63,167 nt of DNA, filler included, from Octopus bimaculoides (GCF_001194135.2; 4 parts of 4 records of this genome joined end to end with filler, not necessarily neighbours in it); one strand, 5' to 3'; shown: positions 13,674 through 27,492, numbered from the whole stretch's first letter. The notes: generated by a model not told the origin, from the letters alone. A program made the numbers and translations.

Positions 13674-13817
13674 TCTACTACTATTACCTGGGCCCTCCTT
13701 TCGCTTCTTCGTTTGTCCCCCTTCCTCTCTATTGTTTATCGGGTTTTATATCACCGCCATCATTACCACATTCTCCACCACCACCACCGTCATCATCATC
13801 ATCATCATCATCATCAT
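13260..13817. repeat. Compound trinucleotide tract (ATC/AAC/ACT/ACC)
   Basis: Read directly. Confidence 0.95.
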
Positions 13818-14017
13818 GCCCATAGTCAACACGTTCCTCGTTCCCCAATGCCACCGCTATCATTCATCAGTATACCTCTCCCTCATCCCGCCATCGCATT
13901 TTCGTATTTGGGCCATCATTCTAAATCTTTGATCTAACTAACCAAACAGATGTGTGTTTGTTTTATCACAGAAACCTCCGGTAGAGAGACAACACCAATA
14001 ACAATTAACGGCGCTAA

Positions 14018-14030
14018 CAATTACAATAGC

Positions 14031-14077
<47 letters not shown>

Positions 14078-14585
14078 CGGTAGCAACGACAATAACCGCA
14101 AAGACAACAGAGCCTTCAATAAAAGCAACAACACCAACAACAACATTTACATAAACAACAACAGCACAAACGTCAACAAAAACAACAGCAAAAAAGCAGG
14201 ACGTAGAGCCCAGAATCGTTTGCACGCCAGGCAAAATGCTTAGCGATATTCCACCCGTCGCTACGTTCGTATGGTTCATCATAGTCGTCACCATCATCAT
14301 CAATATTAATATCATTATCATCAGCATCGACATCATCATCTTCTTCATCGTTATTATCATCATTATTATCATCATCAACTCTCTTAATATCATCATCATC
14401 ATCATCTATATCATCATTATTATCATCATCATCATTATCATCATCATCATTATCATCATCACCATGCTCAGCAGCAGAAGGAGCGCCGTCATCATCATCT
14501 AGATGAGATAAACACAGGTAAGCAGTTACATTATCGTCATCGTCGTCGTCGTCGTCGTCATCGTCATCGTCGTCGTCGTCGTCAT
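14018..14585. repeat. Compound trinucleotide tract (AAC/ATC/GTC) containing a + strand SINE A head at ~14205-14270
   Basis: Read directly; AGAATCGTTTGCACGCCAGGCAAAATGCTTAGCG. Confidence 0.9.
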
Positions 14586-15307
14586 AGCTGGAATGTTTGA
14601 AGGACATATGTCCGAAAATAACTGTTTACTATTGGTGATGGTGCTTCTGGTGGCGGCGGCGGCGGTGGTGTTGATGCTGGTGTTAGTGCTGGTAAAGCTG
14701 GTGGCGGCGGTGGTGCTGGTGATGCTGGTGGTGCCTTGCGGGAGCGGTGGTGGGGAGCTATTATAAATTAAAGTCGATATTATACCTGTATTATTTATAT
14801 TATTTGCGCAGAAGATAAATTATATAATAAGAATATAAGAGTGATTGTTTGTCTTTTTTTTTTTGTTTTTTTTTTCTGCTTAACAACACGAAAAAGAAAG
14901 AAGCGATGTATTTTGAAGAATTCATTTTATTAATTTCGTTGATGTCAGTCAGTTCAGTTGCCATTAAGCGAAAATTTCCTCACAGCCAACATCATCCTAT
15001 CTCTGCCTACCACTCCAAGATGCTCTCTTCGCGTTTGCACTTATATGCATGGAAGTGTCCTTACAGCAAGAGAGGAAGATGACGCTAGATAAATTACTTG
15101 CTCGCCAGATACTCTCATACATCATGTTGAGGACAACGAAGAGGCGGGGGGGGGGTCTCTACGGGATCAGCTGCGATGCTAAAAACTGCAACCAACCATC
15201 TCTCAAGTTATTTATATCATAACTAATTAGAATCGAGCTAAGCCTTGCGAGTGACATATGGTACAACTCAACAATGCTAAACCTCGTCATGTGTGTGTGC
15301 GTGCGTG

Positions 15308-15339
<32 letters not shown>

Positions 15340-15392
15340 NNNNNNNNNNNNNNNNNNNNNNNNNNNNNNNNNNNGTATGTATGTGCATATAT

Positions 15393-15435
<43 letters not shown>

Positions 15436-15511
15436 TATACATGTATAATATATACATACATAAATACATATATACATATATATATACATATATATACAGG
15501 CATATATATAA

Positions 15512-15542
<31 letters not shown>

Positions 15543-16499
15543 CATATATATATACACACACACACACNNNNNNNNNNATATACCCGCGCACAAATACTTC
15601 TGCAACCCTCTTACCATATAACCATGCCTGCACTTATATATACATTAACTTAAAATAAACAGTCGCTAAGAGACAAACTAGAAATAGCCATTGATTATGG
15701 ATGACACATTTGACGAGATCCGCGAATATCATACGAAACAAATTCTCAATTCGTTGCACATTTCACGAGATAATGGCCATGCACTATATGACTCTCTATT
15801 AAATAATTCTAGGAACAATGAGTTTTTAGATATATTCCAATGACTCAGCTGGTTTTTGGAATCACTGTTTTTTCTCAGTTGTGGAATAAACACCTAACAT
15901 TTCTGGATGGACGCGGAGAATTTTCTGTCACAGCAGTGTAATACATTTGAAATTTCAGATTCTCAACTAGATATGAACTGTCAGCTGTAACATTAATATC
16001 TCCTATTTGTCCTCGTCTAATATGGAATTCAAATCAATAAATTTTCATAGCTTGCTTTCTTCATTTTGTTTCCGTTTTAATATATTTTTAAATTTTTAAT
16101 GACCGTATTATCGATTAGAATTGTTTTAACACTAAAACAGACTAGAATTGGTAATAAACACACACATAGAAGCACATATTAAAAGCAAGAATCAAACTCA
16201 ATGAGTTTTTACCATATTCTGTCAGGAAACCTGACCTAAGATGGCGGATATAAATCACTTACATTTGGTTAAAATAAATAATATCAGTAATAAATGATGA
16301 CAATATTCTTTTGTATCGTAGACACAATACATGCAATTAACATGGCTGTGGTGTGTGGTCAGTGATGTATAGTCGATTTAATTATTTATTTTTACACGAA
16401 TTAGCTATAAGTTGACAAGCAGCTGCCCCTAAGAAAAAAAGTTATCCTCGCATTACGGATCTGGCCGGATTGCTTGCAACAGTAAGAAATTCAAAAGAA

Positions 16500-17085
16500 A
16501 CCCACTATAAACACAAGGTAATTATTTCACCAACACTGAAAGCATTAAGGGCAAAATCGACCTCGGTGGAAGATGAGCTTGGAATGTAGCGACGGATTAA
16601 ATGCTGGTCGGCATTTTGTTCGGCGTGCTAATGATTCTGCCACCTCTCCGCCTTTAACAAATAAAATAATAACAATAGCAACAACAACAATAATAATGAT
16701 GATTAAGGCACAACTGGAGCAGTTTTGAGGGCTGAGAGCTAGGCGATACCTCGATTCCAATTCTTGACTGATATCGGGACTTATTGATCCCGGAGGAATA
16801 AAACACAAATTTGTCGTTATCATGATTTGATCTTAGAACGTAAAGAACCGGAATAAACAGTGCAAGTAGTTTCATCGACGTTCTATGAATTCTCCCAATT
16901 CACGGCTCCAGTCTATATTACGTTGTACAAGGGTTACTCACTATTAACTCGATCCCAAACAGAATTTAAATGGTATTTAAATCGACCCAGAATTATGAAA
17001 GAGAAATCAACGGAATTTGAACTCAGAATATGCAATAACGTAATGTACTTTGCGGATTGCCGTCTCCATTCTGCTACTCCACAAT
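16500..17085 (-). mobile_element. Cluster of three degenerate SINE A copies
   Basis: Three A-type cores near 16550, 16790 and 16980. Confidence 0.75.
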
Positions 17086-17572
17086 ATTGAAACCAATCGT
17101 GGTAGGAACTGCATATGGAATTTAAAGAGAGATGCAGAAAGTAACATTGAATCCCTTTCGTGTTCAAGGTTGTACCGAATCGATCACTACATCATGCTTC
17201 TCTCTCAGAATTATTAATATTAATGAAGACTGGCTCCCTTCAAAGACCACATGCTCAATCATTCAATCAATCAAACTATACTCGTTCCGTTTCCGGTGTT
17301 TAAAACAATCAACTTAAGCGTCACTAAAATAGTGTTGTTGTTTATCTTTAGTTGTGTATTGTGACGCCGGAGATATAAAAAAAAAAGCAAACAAGCTTCC
17401 ATCCATAAAAAAAAATGGCGAAAAAGATTTTATTTCAGCTAGTGATTCAAAATGATTTATTTCGCTTATAACTGTAAATATTTCAGGAAATGAATGAATG
17501 CTGTAACTTCCCGCTCGATTTTCCAATCGAGAATCAAACTTCCTTTCTGCATAATTATTTTTATTTAGCTAA

Positions 17573-17998
17573 CATGGCTGTGTGGTAAGAAATTTCCTTC
17601 CCAACTACGTGGATTTGAGTCCAGTCCTACTCTGTGGCATCTTGGACAAGGGACTTCTACCGAATCACCAGGGCGTCCAAAATCTTGTGTATTTGTGTAT
17701 GTGTGTATGTGGGGGTTTATCTATTCGTGTGTGTGTGTGTGTGTGTGTGTGTGTCTGTGTGTGTGTGTGTGTGTGTGCGCGTGCGAGCGTGTGTGTCTTT
17801 CTGTTTGTCTTTGTGCCCTACCACCGCTTGAAAGCCGCACTTGGTTTGTTTATGTCACTGTAACTTAACGGTTCTGCAAAAAGAGACCGATATAATAAAT
17901 ATCAGGTTTTCAAAAAGAATAATTGCTTAACTACATACACCCTTGAAGGCAGTGCTCCAGCTTCGGCGCAATCCGATAACTGAAAGAAGTAAAAGATA
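17573..17998 (+). mobile_element. SINE family B, degenerate, with internal (TG)n
   Basis: ATGGCTGTGTGGTAAG head, TG tract, CCACCGCTTGA...GCAGTGCTCCAGC...AAGTAAAAGA tail. Confidence 0.8.
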
Positions 17999-19035
17999 AA
18001 ATATATTTAATTCGGTCAACATTAAATACATTAACACTATTTAAAATAAAGATTGTTTGCCAACATAACATGGCAGTCCTAGTTTAGGACGAATGTTGCT
18101 GTAATTTATCCCCAGGAGACATCGTCTCCAGCAGGCTATATTACACGAGTTCTCCATTTTCCTGCATGTAGCATCTAACGGTAGTTTATTCCCTGTATAT
18201 TCAAACCATTACAATGGTGTACATTTCCTCAGTGATTCACCCATCGCAATTACAGTAAACTGTGTGTCTTTGAGGAGGTCAAATAATCCTGAAACATGCC
18301 GGGATTTGTCTCCCCTACCCTTTGAAAAACTCAATGTAACATTAGTTATTGGCTATTATTATATTATTTCATCAGCATATAATTGATTAATTGTTTTTCT
18401 CCATTAAACCAGTCAGCAGTAATTCAACCATCTTATTAATCTGGCTTTAGACTCATCGATTATATTGATTATTAAAAGTAGTTGTAACTGAAACACCATT
18501 AGCCAATGTTGTTGTTGCTGTTGTGGCTGCTGATGCTGTTGCTGTTGTTGCTGCTTTTGTTGTTGTTGTTGTTGTATACCTCTAGGCTATCCCCGACCAA
18601 CACTGCGACTGCGTTATCTAATACGAGTTTCCAAAAGAAAAAGGAAGGTTGCCATTTGAGATAAATTTGGTTGCCATTTCTAAAAGTCGGGCGACTGCTA
18701 GAGATACTATCATTGTTAATGTTGTTGTTAGTCATATGTCAGCGCTGGGCAAATAGACTTTCCAGCCATGGCCATCCATCTCATTTTGTATATTATTTGG
18801 AACTAAGTTATCCATTCTTCGGGGACGCAGTGGTGTGATCTTAGGAAGATTTCGGTACAGTTTCTACGAGATTGATCAAATATAAGGCGATCCCCTAGAA
18901 GTGACTTTTATTTTACTGTTCAGTAAACACATCCATGACCAGAACCGTTCCATCTGTGACCATCCCATTGTACTAAAAAGTATGTAAGACTACAAAACAT
19001 AACGAGTCATTAAAGTGTAATTTGAGGTCTTGAGT

Positions 19036-19231
19036 TTTACTTATTTCAGTCATTAGACTACAGCCATGCTGGAGCAGGTCTTGAAAAGTTTTAGAGAAAC
19101 AAATTAACTTCAGTACTTATTTTTTAAAGCCTGGCATATATTCTCTTTTGCCGAATCGCTAGGTTAGAGGATGTAAGCAAACCATCCCCAAACGGCACAG
19201 AGAAAAGAACACAGCCACAAAGACGGACGCA

Positions 19232-19273
<42 letters not shown>

Positions 19274-19415
19274 ACAGGTTTCACACAGTTTCTATCTAAT
19301 AAATCCATTGGTTGTCCCAGGGCTATAGTAGAAAACATTTGCGCAAAGTGTCGCGCTTCGGGACTGAACCTGAAACCACACGATTTCATCTTAACTACTC
19401 AGCTATACCTGCGCC
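19036..19415 (-). mobile_element. SINE family B, degenerate, internal (TA)n
   Basis: CAGTCATTAGACTACAGCCATGCTGGAGC tail and GGGACTGAACC head, reversed. Confidence 0.8.
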
Positions 19416-19503
19416 TTCTTGATTTCATAACTATCTTAAGGAAATCAAACAGTAACTTTCAGATTCCCTAGATCGCTTCGGTGGCTCCTTCAATGGATTT
19501 TTA

Positions 19504-19692
19504 TACGGAGGGTGCTGAAAAATTCCCAGCATTGGAGGTAACGCGAAAGGACTGGTTGGAGGCCCAACCTTCAGAGTTCTTTTACAGGATTTGGTTACAA
19601 TAAGCGTGTGAATTTGAGAATAAACCATAATTAATTGATCCTCCTGTATTTTCTTTTCCCCATAGCTAGGAACTTTCCAGCAACACCTCATA
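19504..19692. mobile_element. Mariner-derived MITE (~190 bp)
   Basis: Imperfect TIRs TACGGAGGGTGCTGAAAAATTCCCAGC / GCTAGGAACTTTCCAGCAACACCTCATA with TA ends; typical mariner TIR form. Confidence 0.75.
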
Positions 19693-20189
19693 GATGGAAA
19701 TGCTGAAGTCGTATCAAACATTCCTTTCCATAAAGACAACCAAGGCACTCCTTATATCCTTCTCTTACAAACTCTAACTTTCGTCCTAATTATATGCAAT
19801 CAATATTAATGAGAATATTTTTCGCTATCTGTTATTGTTTTTCTTACATCATTATTTTAATTTCTTTTACATTTTATATATGATATTTTATTTCTTATTT
19901 TCTATATTTTATTTCCGCTTTCCATTTTACCGAGATTATATTTTATTTTTAACAAACCAATTTCTCTCGACCATCGCATGGATAGCTACTTAATTAAGAA
20001 CGTATAAAGTTTTATGATTTGTGACTTAGCAGTGTGTATGTTTGTGTGTGAATAATATACACGTCCTTGCGTGTATATGTGTATGAAAACGTACGTCCAT
20101 ATGAGTGAGAAAGAATTTTCATATGTGCTAGTGTGCGTTTGGATATGCGTATATTTTTTCTGGCCTTGTGTATATCCTTTTGTATATGC

Positions 20190-20368
<179 letters not shown>

Positions 20369-20732
20369 ATTCATTCAACGTTTACCAAATTTTCGGATGA
20401 TCTGCCACTATAATATAATTCCGAACGCTTCGATAAATCAGAAACAATAATGGATAAATGGTGAACGGATCGTAAACTACATACATGCATTCAGTCCTAC
20501 ATCCATGTATCCATATACCTATAAACATACATTATAATATATGCATACATTTATATATATACATGTATATTTATCTATACGCATATATCTGTATACACAT
20601 ACACATATATGTGTGTGCGTATGTATGTGTATATATATATATACAGAGTCATACACACGTTTCCATATACCTGTAAACATACATAACTATATATGTATAC
20701 ATTTATATTTATATATATATATATATATATAT

Positions 20733-20832
20733 NNNNNNNNNNNNNNNNNNNNNNNNNNNNNNNNNNNNNNNNNNNNTTAATTAATTAANNNNNNNNNNNN
20801 NNNNNNNNNNNNNNNNNNNNNNNNNNNNNNNN
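20733..20832. other. Artificial 100-bp scaffold-join spacer N44-TTAATTAATTAA-N44
   Basis: Identical structure at 43317 and 60760; the linker has stops in all six frames. Confidence 0.95.
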
Positions 20833-20990
20833 CTACAGTACTTGACTGGTACTTTATTTCATCAACCTCGCAGGGATGGGAGGCCAAGTTGATCTCGATT
20901 GGACTTGTAATCAGAACGTAAAGAGCCGGTAGAAATGCCACCGAGCATTTTGTACGACGTGTTAACGATCTTGTCGGCTCACCACTTTAA
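20833..20990 (-). mobile_element. SINE family A, degenerate
   Basis: CTGGTACTTTATTTCATCAACC...CAGAACGTAAAGAGCCGG...GAGCATTTTGT. Confidence 0.8.
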
Positions 20991-21010
20991 TATGCATATG
21001 TAGATATACT

Positions 21011-21325
21011 GGCACTCCGCCGGTTACGACAACGAAGGTTCCAGTAGATCTGATTAAAGGAACAACTTGCTCGTGAAATTAACGTGCAAGTGGCTGAGCA
21101 CTCCACAGACACGTGTACCGTTAACGTAGTTCTCAGGAAGATTCAACGTGACACAGAATGTGGCAAGACTGGCCAAAGGTACTACTCACTTTTCCAAACT
21201 GAGTGGACTGGAACGACGTGAAATAAAGTGTCTTGCTCAAGGACACGACGTGCCGCTGTGAATCGAACCCACGACATTACGATCGTGAGTCGAATATCCT
21301 AACCACTAAATCACGCGTCTTCACG
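21011..21325 (-). mobile_element. SINE family C, head type 1 (tRNA-like head + CORE-like segment + shared 3' module)
   Basis: Reverse complement: TAGTGGTTAGG...GGGTTCGATTC, GTGTCCTTGAGCAAGACACTT, then a module matching 28324-28478. Confidence 0.88.
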
Positions 21326-21501
21326 TATGTAGGTATAAGGATACGCTTTTGTTGAAGCTTCAAAGTCAATTTCCTTTAGACACAAAAGCTAATTATACTA
21401 GAAGACTGCTGACACACCTCGGAAAGTGCAACTGCAACACACGCACACACACACACACACACACAAACTCTCTCACACACACACATAGTATACACCTCCA
21501 T

Positions 21502-21539
<38 letters not shown>

Positions 21540-21764
21540 TGCACACATACACACACAACATACTTCAAACTCACACATAGGCGTTTTTGATAGCATCGCG
21601 ATAAAACGCTGCGTAGAGTATCCAGTTGCTTCATAAATATTCTCACACAAAACTTCTGTAAATACTTCAGCACGGACATACAGGTTGCTCCTCTATTCGC
21701 TCCTTTCCTTTCTGCAACGAACTAGGAAGCCATCGAATCATTAAAGCGATAAATTAGTGTCTTT

Positions 21765-21995
21765 GTGTAAATGTTTGTCTCCCACCACCGCTTGAAAACC
21801 GGTGTTGGTGAGTTTACGTCCCTATAATTTAACGATTTGGCAAAAGAGAGCGATAAAATAAGTATTAGGCTTTACAAAAAAAAACAACAAAAAAACAAAA
21901 CAGTACTGGAGTTGATAAGTTCGACTAATTTCTTCAAGGTGTTACTCCAGCATGGCCACAGTCTAATGACTGAAGCAAGTATAATATAAAAGATA
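21765..21995 (+). mobile_element. SINE family B 3' half
   Basis: CCACCGCTTGAAAACCGGTGTTGG...CTCCAGCATGGCCACAGTCTAATGACTGAA. Confidence 0.8.
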
Positions 21996-22343
21996 TAAAT
22001 GTGCTGTGTACACTCTCTTTGCATATTCTACCGCTACTACAACGTCGTCTACTCTTACGATTTATGAAGGCATCATTACTCCTCCTGTCACCTCTAGTTA
22101 TTTTCCCCATCATGTTTATCCAAGACCACCAGCTGTCTAGAAATTCCATTAAAGGTTTTCTATTCATATCAACCGGCAGATGTCTGAATTGAACATCACC
22201 CACATCAATCTCACTAGTTTGGGATGGTTTGTAAAGGTCATCTCTTTGGCTAATTTATTAAAAATAACATGTAGATATATATATTAAGAATGATGATGAA
22301 TGAAGTCGGTATATGTCATGTATGTATGTGTGTGTGTGTGTGC

Positions 22344-22385
<42 letters not shown>

Positions 22386-22504
22386 GTGTGCGTGTGTGTG
22401 TATATGTTATGTCTATTCTACTTTCAATATTTCCTGCTCTTTCTACATGTAGGGTGTGAGTGTAATTTTGAAAAAAAAAATGATAGTATGAAAGACAGAG
22501 GAGT

Positions 22505-22535
<31 letters not shown>

Positions 22536-22558
22536 TACATACATACATACATACATAC

Positions 22559-23235
22559 CCGCCGACAGGATAACCCCGGGGCTAAGGAGATGAAAACCCA
22601 TAATGAGGTAGAGGCCATTACCACTCACAATATGAAAGAGTATTGGTGGAATGTCCCAATAAAAACCTCAACAAAGTGCAGACATAATAGACCGGATATA
22701 GTAATCTGGGACAGAGAGGAGAAACTCTGTACATTAGTAGAAATCAGCTGTCCTGCGGATGTCAACATCCCACTAAAGATTAGAGAAAAAGAGAACTACG
22801 CCGAGCTACTGAGAAATTTGCAGATACTCCACCCAGACTACAAGTTCAGATTCAGACCCGTGATTGTTGGGGCATTGGGATATGTAATAAACTGCCTCAA
22901 CAAAAACCTGGAAAAATTAGGGTTCTCAAGACCTGAAAGAAAAAGGCTGATTAGAAGACTACAGATTCAAGCCATCAATGGAACTGTAAAGATATGTAAA
23001 ACTTTCCAAAAATTTAGCACATAAATACATATGCATGCATCTAGACATAAAAACGCATCCATAAAACAAACATACAAATCTGCGCATACACTAACACCAA
23101 ATACTGCACACACACACATATGCACAAATACCTAGATGATGTTGATAAAAGTTCCAATGAAGGAGCCTTGAATCTATGTTAGAGTCCGGCTCTCTCTCTA
23201 TGGACAAGAAATACAGAAATGAAACTGATTGATAA
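22559..23235 (+). mobile_element. 5'-truncated R4/NeSL-like non-LTR element: RLE endonuclease C-terminus and 3' UTR
   Basis: Stop-free to 23024: YWWNVPIKTSTKCRHNRPDIVIWDREEKLCTLVEISCP...KENY..L...RFRPVIVGALG (PD-(D/E)xK RLE signature). Confidence 0.88.
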
Positions 23236-23379
23236 CATACATACACACACGCATAAACACAAAATCCATCCACCCATCCACCCATGCATACATACAGGTA
23301 TAATTCAAATATGCATACATACATGCGCATATGCATACATAAATACATTCATATTTATATGGCATGTTTTTCGCGTATG

Positions 23380-23780
23380 TGTGTATTTTGTGTGTGCGTA
23401 TGTGTCTGTGTGTGCGTGTGTGAATGTACGGTTGTATATGTGTGATTGCATGTATATGAGTTCGTGTGTGCGTGAGTGTGCATCTGTCTATATGAGTATG
23501 TGTGTGTGTGTGTGTGTGTGTGTCTGTGTGTGCATGTATGTGTGTGCGTGCGAGTGTGCATCTGTGTGTGTGTGTGCGTGCGCGTGCGGATGTGCATCTG
23601 TCTATATGTATGAGTGCATCTGTGCGTGCGTGTGTGTGTGGGCGGGTGGGTGAATAACATCGGAGTAAACTTTCAGCGTCGAACGCACACACACACACGC
23701 AGACAGACAGACAGACAGACAGACAGATAGACAGACAGATAGACAGACAGATAGACAGACAGAGACACACACACACACAC
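23380..23780. repeat. Degenerate (TG)n plus (CAGA/TAGA)n and (CA)n tract
   Basis: Read directly. Confidence 0.9.
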
Positions 23781-24434
23781 TTACAATACCTAATGTGTGA
23801 GGCACACGCACAGCTGGAGGTAAGCTACAGATGAAATTCATCTTCAAGTTGGTTTCGGTTCAAATCTTCCGTTAGCGAATCCCATCTGAATGGATTACAT
23901 CTTTTAAAGGTCAGATGTTGCACAAGTTCACATCTTCAACGGACCTTGTTCTTTGAAGTCAATATCTTGTTCGACGTCTGGAGATTACTTACGATTACCG
24001 AAGCCTCTAACAANNNNNNNNNNNNNNNNNNNNNNNNNNNNNNNNNNNNNNNNNNNNNNNNNNNNNNNNNNNNNNNNNNNNNNNNNNNNNNNNNNNNNNN
24101 NNNNNNNNNNNNNNNNNNNNNNNNNNNNNNNNNNNNNNNNNNNNNNNNNNNNNNNNNNNNNNACAATTTTTAATCTTCCGCGATTACATGTATCTACACA
24201 CGCACACACGTTTCTTATGATCTTATTTCATCATTATATATACTCGAATGGAATGTCTTACTTCATTTAGATTTTATTTGAATTATTTTAATATGTACAT
24301 GAGTTTATTGATCGTAAAAAATTACATGACTGGAACAACGCATCATGCCCAATCACGTCTTATAAATCATTGGAAACACGATTTCGTTTATCTGGATGTA
24401 AATTACTGACAACCGAAGTTTTTATCTTCTACTA

Positions 24435-24473
<39 letters not shown>

Positions 24474-24474
<1 letters not shown>

Positions 24475-24531
24475 GTAACGTGGTGAATCACCTTACAAAT
24501 ATACATGTGCGCGTATGTATATAAGTATGTA

Positions 24532-24562
<31 letters not shown>

Positions 24563-24625
24563 ACATACTTATATACATACGCGCACATATATATTTGTAA
24601 GAAGTTGGTGATTCACTACGTTACT
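24474..24625. repeat. Fold-back inverted repeat: ~60-bp arms around a (TCTA)n loop
   Basis: 24474-24533 is the reverse complement of 24560-24625 apart from 2 mismatches and a 6-nt indel. Confidence 0.92.
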
Positions 24626-26029
24626 CTAAGTTTCTCTCTCGACGCTATCTAAATACACTCTACAATATACTTTGAGTACTTTCTCTAACGATTGTTAAAA
24701 CAAAAACGTGTATAGCTTGCCCCACTTCTGTCGGGTACTAACTACGAGCTGAAAAAAGAAAATCCCAGAAAACAAGAGAAAACAAAAGTCTAAAAATTAA
24801 GTGACTTCCACTCATTCACTCCACAAAAAACATCAATGTACCGCAATAAAAGTTGTATATAAAACGCCAGACAGGAAAACCTCAAAGTGTTACAGGAACA
24901 AGCTTTTTTTTGCGATTATAGCAGAAAAGCCACTCCTGTAGTTAATAAGCTTGGCTTCAGAACAAACACCCATGCACAAATTATATGAATTAAACATCTG
25001 TACACTTACATACACTCGTACTCATTCTCCAAACTACTCTCAGATAATATCATACAAACATAAAAAGAAACCTAGCCCCCAACATTTGTAACATGATAAA
25101 CAACGAGGTATAAAGGTAAGTGCTCAAACGAAATCCGAAATATAAAAATTACTTCACACGTGTCGTGAAACTTAAATATTTGAAATAACAGCTGACTTAG
25201 CATTGTAATACTTAAAGTTTTATAGACGTATGAAAGCACAATTGTTGGGGGGGGGGGGGCTCAGTATTCTGAGTGCTGAAAGATGATTGTCATTAGCTAA
25301 TGGGCTAATTTCGCACTCAATGTTCAGTTTGGATCACTTGGTCGAATCGATATGTCGGTGATTGATGATTGGATGGAGATAACACTGGCACGATTAACAG
25401 GAATACACTTCTTTGCTCGTGTTAGAAATTCTTGTGAAATTAGATTTTAATAAAATTTATGGAATAATGTTAATAACCAGTGGCTTAAAATTAGCTAACA
25501 GTGAGCTCCATTGGTGGCATTATTATGACAGTTCATTTTTTTTTGTTTTGGGAGACACTACGCTGTTGGAATATGCAAATATTTTCCAAGCAACAGACAA
25601 CAGTTACGATCTCTGGATGAGTAAGAAAGATATTTTTGAGAATTTTTCAGATTTACAGTGGGCAGAAAAACTTCTCGTAGTCTCCAATAAAACTTCAAAT
25701 GAATTGGAGATTCCTCTGTCCCTGGACGAGAAGGGATACATCTGATGAATGAATCTCCTCCTTGATGTCATTTACAGCGCGCCCTGTGTAGTGTTTTGGG
25801 AATGTCATCGAATGGAGCAAAAGTTGCTCTATAGACCTCAACTTAGGTAAAGCAGAATCTATGCTGTAGAAAAGTAATTTAGTTACCATAGTTGCATGTT
25901 GATGTTTGGAGTAAACTCGCGTAGATGTAGGCTTTTTGTTCGCTCACAGTACGCGATGTCAAGTGATATTATGTACTTAATTTCATTCCATAAAATTAGC
26001 TGTTAATACCATTCCATAAAATTCATGGA

Positions 26030-27492
26030 AATGTTAATTTCTCTAGACTGTAAGCTCTTCAGCAAAGATATGGGCATGGTATTGGGCATAGATAAGTGTG
26101 CAATATTAGTAATGAAAAAGGGACAGGTAGTAAACAGCGAAGGCATCCAATTATCAGATGGTCAGATATTAAAATTACTGAAAAACGGAGAGAGTTATAA
26201 GTATCTAGGAGTATTATAACTTGACAGAATACTAACAGTACTAACTGTAGATGTGAAAACGAAAATTGAAAAGGAGTACATCAAAAGGGCGAGGAAGCTG
26301 ATGAAGTCAAAGCTAAATGGTCTGAATCTAGTGAAGGCTGTAAATACTTGGGCAGTATCATCGGTTAGATGCTCAGCAGCTTTTTTAGATTGGACGAAAA
26401 CTGAATTAGCAAAGCTAGACAGAACGAGGAAGGAATTCAATATGAATGGAGGACTCCATCCAAGGGCAGAGGTAGCAAGATTATAGTTACCTAGAAAGGA
26501 AAGAAGAAGAGGGTTAGTATCAGTAGATGACTGCGTGGAGTTAGCTAGGGTAGATATAGACTCCTATATAGGTAATAGTGAAGAAAGTTTATTAAGAGCT
26601 GCTAGAGTCACAGCAAGACAGAGGGAAACCAAAAAGTCAAACGAAGTTAAAAACCAGAAAAAGAGCTAAAGTTATCTGCCTGGCAGGAGAAAGCTTTGCA
26701 TGGTGGATTCCCAAAGATAGTTGTAGCAAATATTAATAGTGAAACATAGTTATGGTTCCAGAAAGGAAAGCCGAAAAGGGAGACAGAAAGTTTGTCAGTA
26801 GCAACGCAAGATCAAGCATTAAGGACTAATTGAATAAAAGCCAAAATAGACAAAAACCAAGTAGATTCCGAATGTAGGTTATGCAAATCAAAAGAGGGAA
26901 GTGTTACTCATATAATAAGTGAATGTAGCATATTGGTATAAAAAGAATACAAGGAAAAACATGAGAATCTAGGAAGAGTAATTCACTGGGAGTTATGTAG
27001 AAAGCTAGGACTTGGCCATACTGATAAATGATATGAACATGAACCTAGTAAAGTACTAGAAAGTAACAAATATAAGATGGTGTGGGACTTTAACATTCAG
27101 ACTGACTGAGTAATAGCAGCTACAAGGCCTGATTTAGTAGTAATAAAGAGAATAGAAAGTAACAGATAATTGACTTTACAGTCCCAAATGACGAAAAAAT
27201 CAACACGAGAGGTATAGGAAAAATATCAAAGTACCAGGAACTTGCCGTGGAATTACAGAAACTATGGAAAGTGCGGGTAAAATATATTCCAGTAGTTATA
27301 TGTGCATTAACAACTAAAGATTTGAACAGATGGATAGAGGAAATAGGTATAAAACCCAGTTTAGCACAAATCTAGAAAACAGTGTTATTAGGGACAGCTA
27401 GGATTCTTGGGAGGGTTCTTAGCATCTAAGGTTACTTGTTGTAGCGCAATGTTAGGAATTTGTCTTTTCCAACAGTCTAATCTGTTGCGTGC

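Noticed and set aside
21934-22255. Short unique-sequence ORFs (also 15697-15843, 56163-56462, 62469-62690, 5358-5487)
   Set aside because: No recognisable motif, weak splice signals, and lengths within chance expectation.
23150-23200. Further hammerhead-like strings (also 44895-44935 minus and CTGAGGA...GAAA at 36718)
   Set aside because: Core nucleotides or stems are missing; cannot be distinguished from chance.
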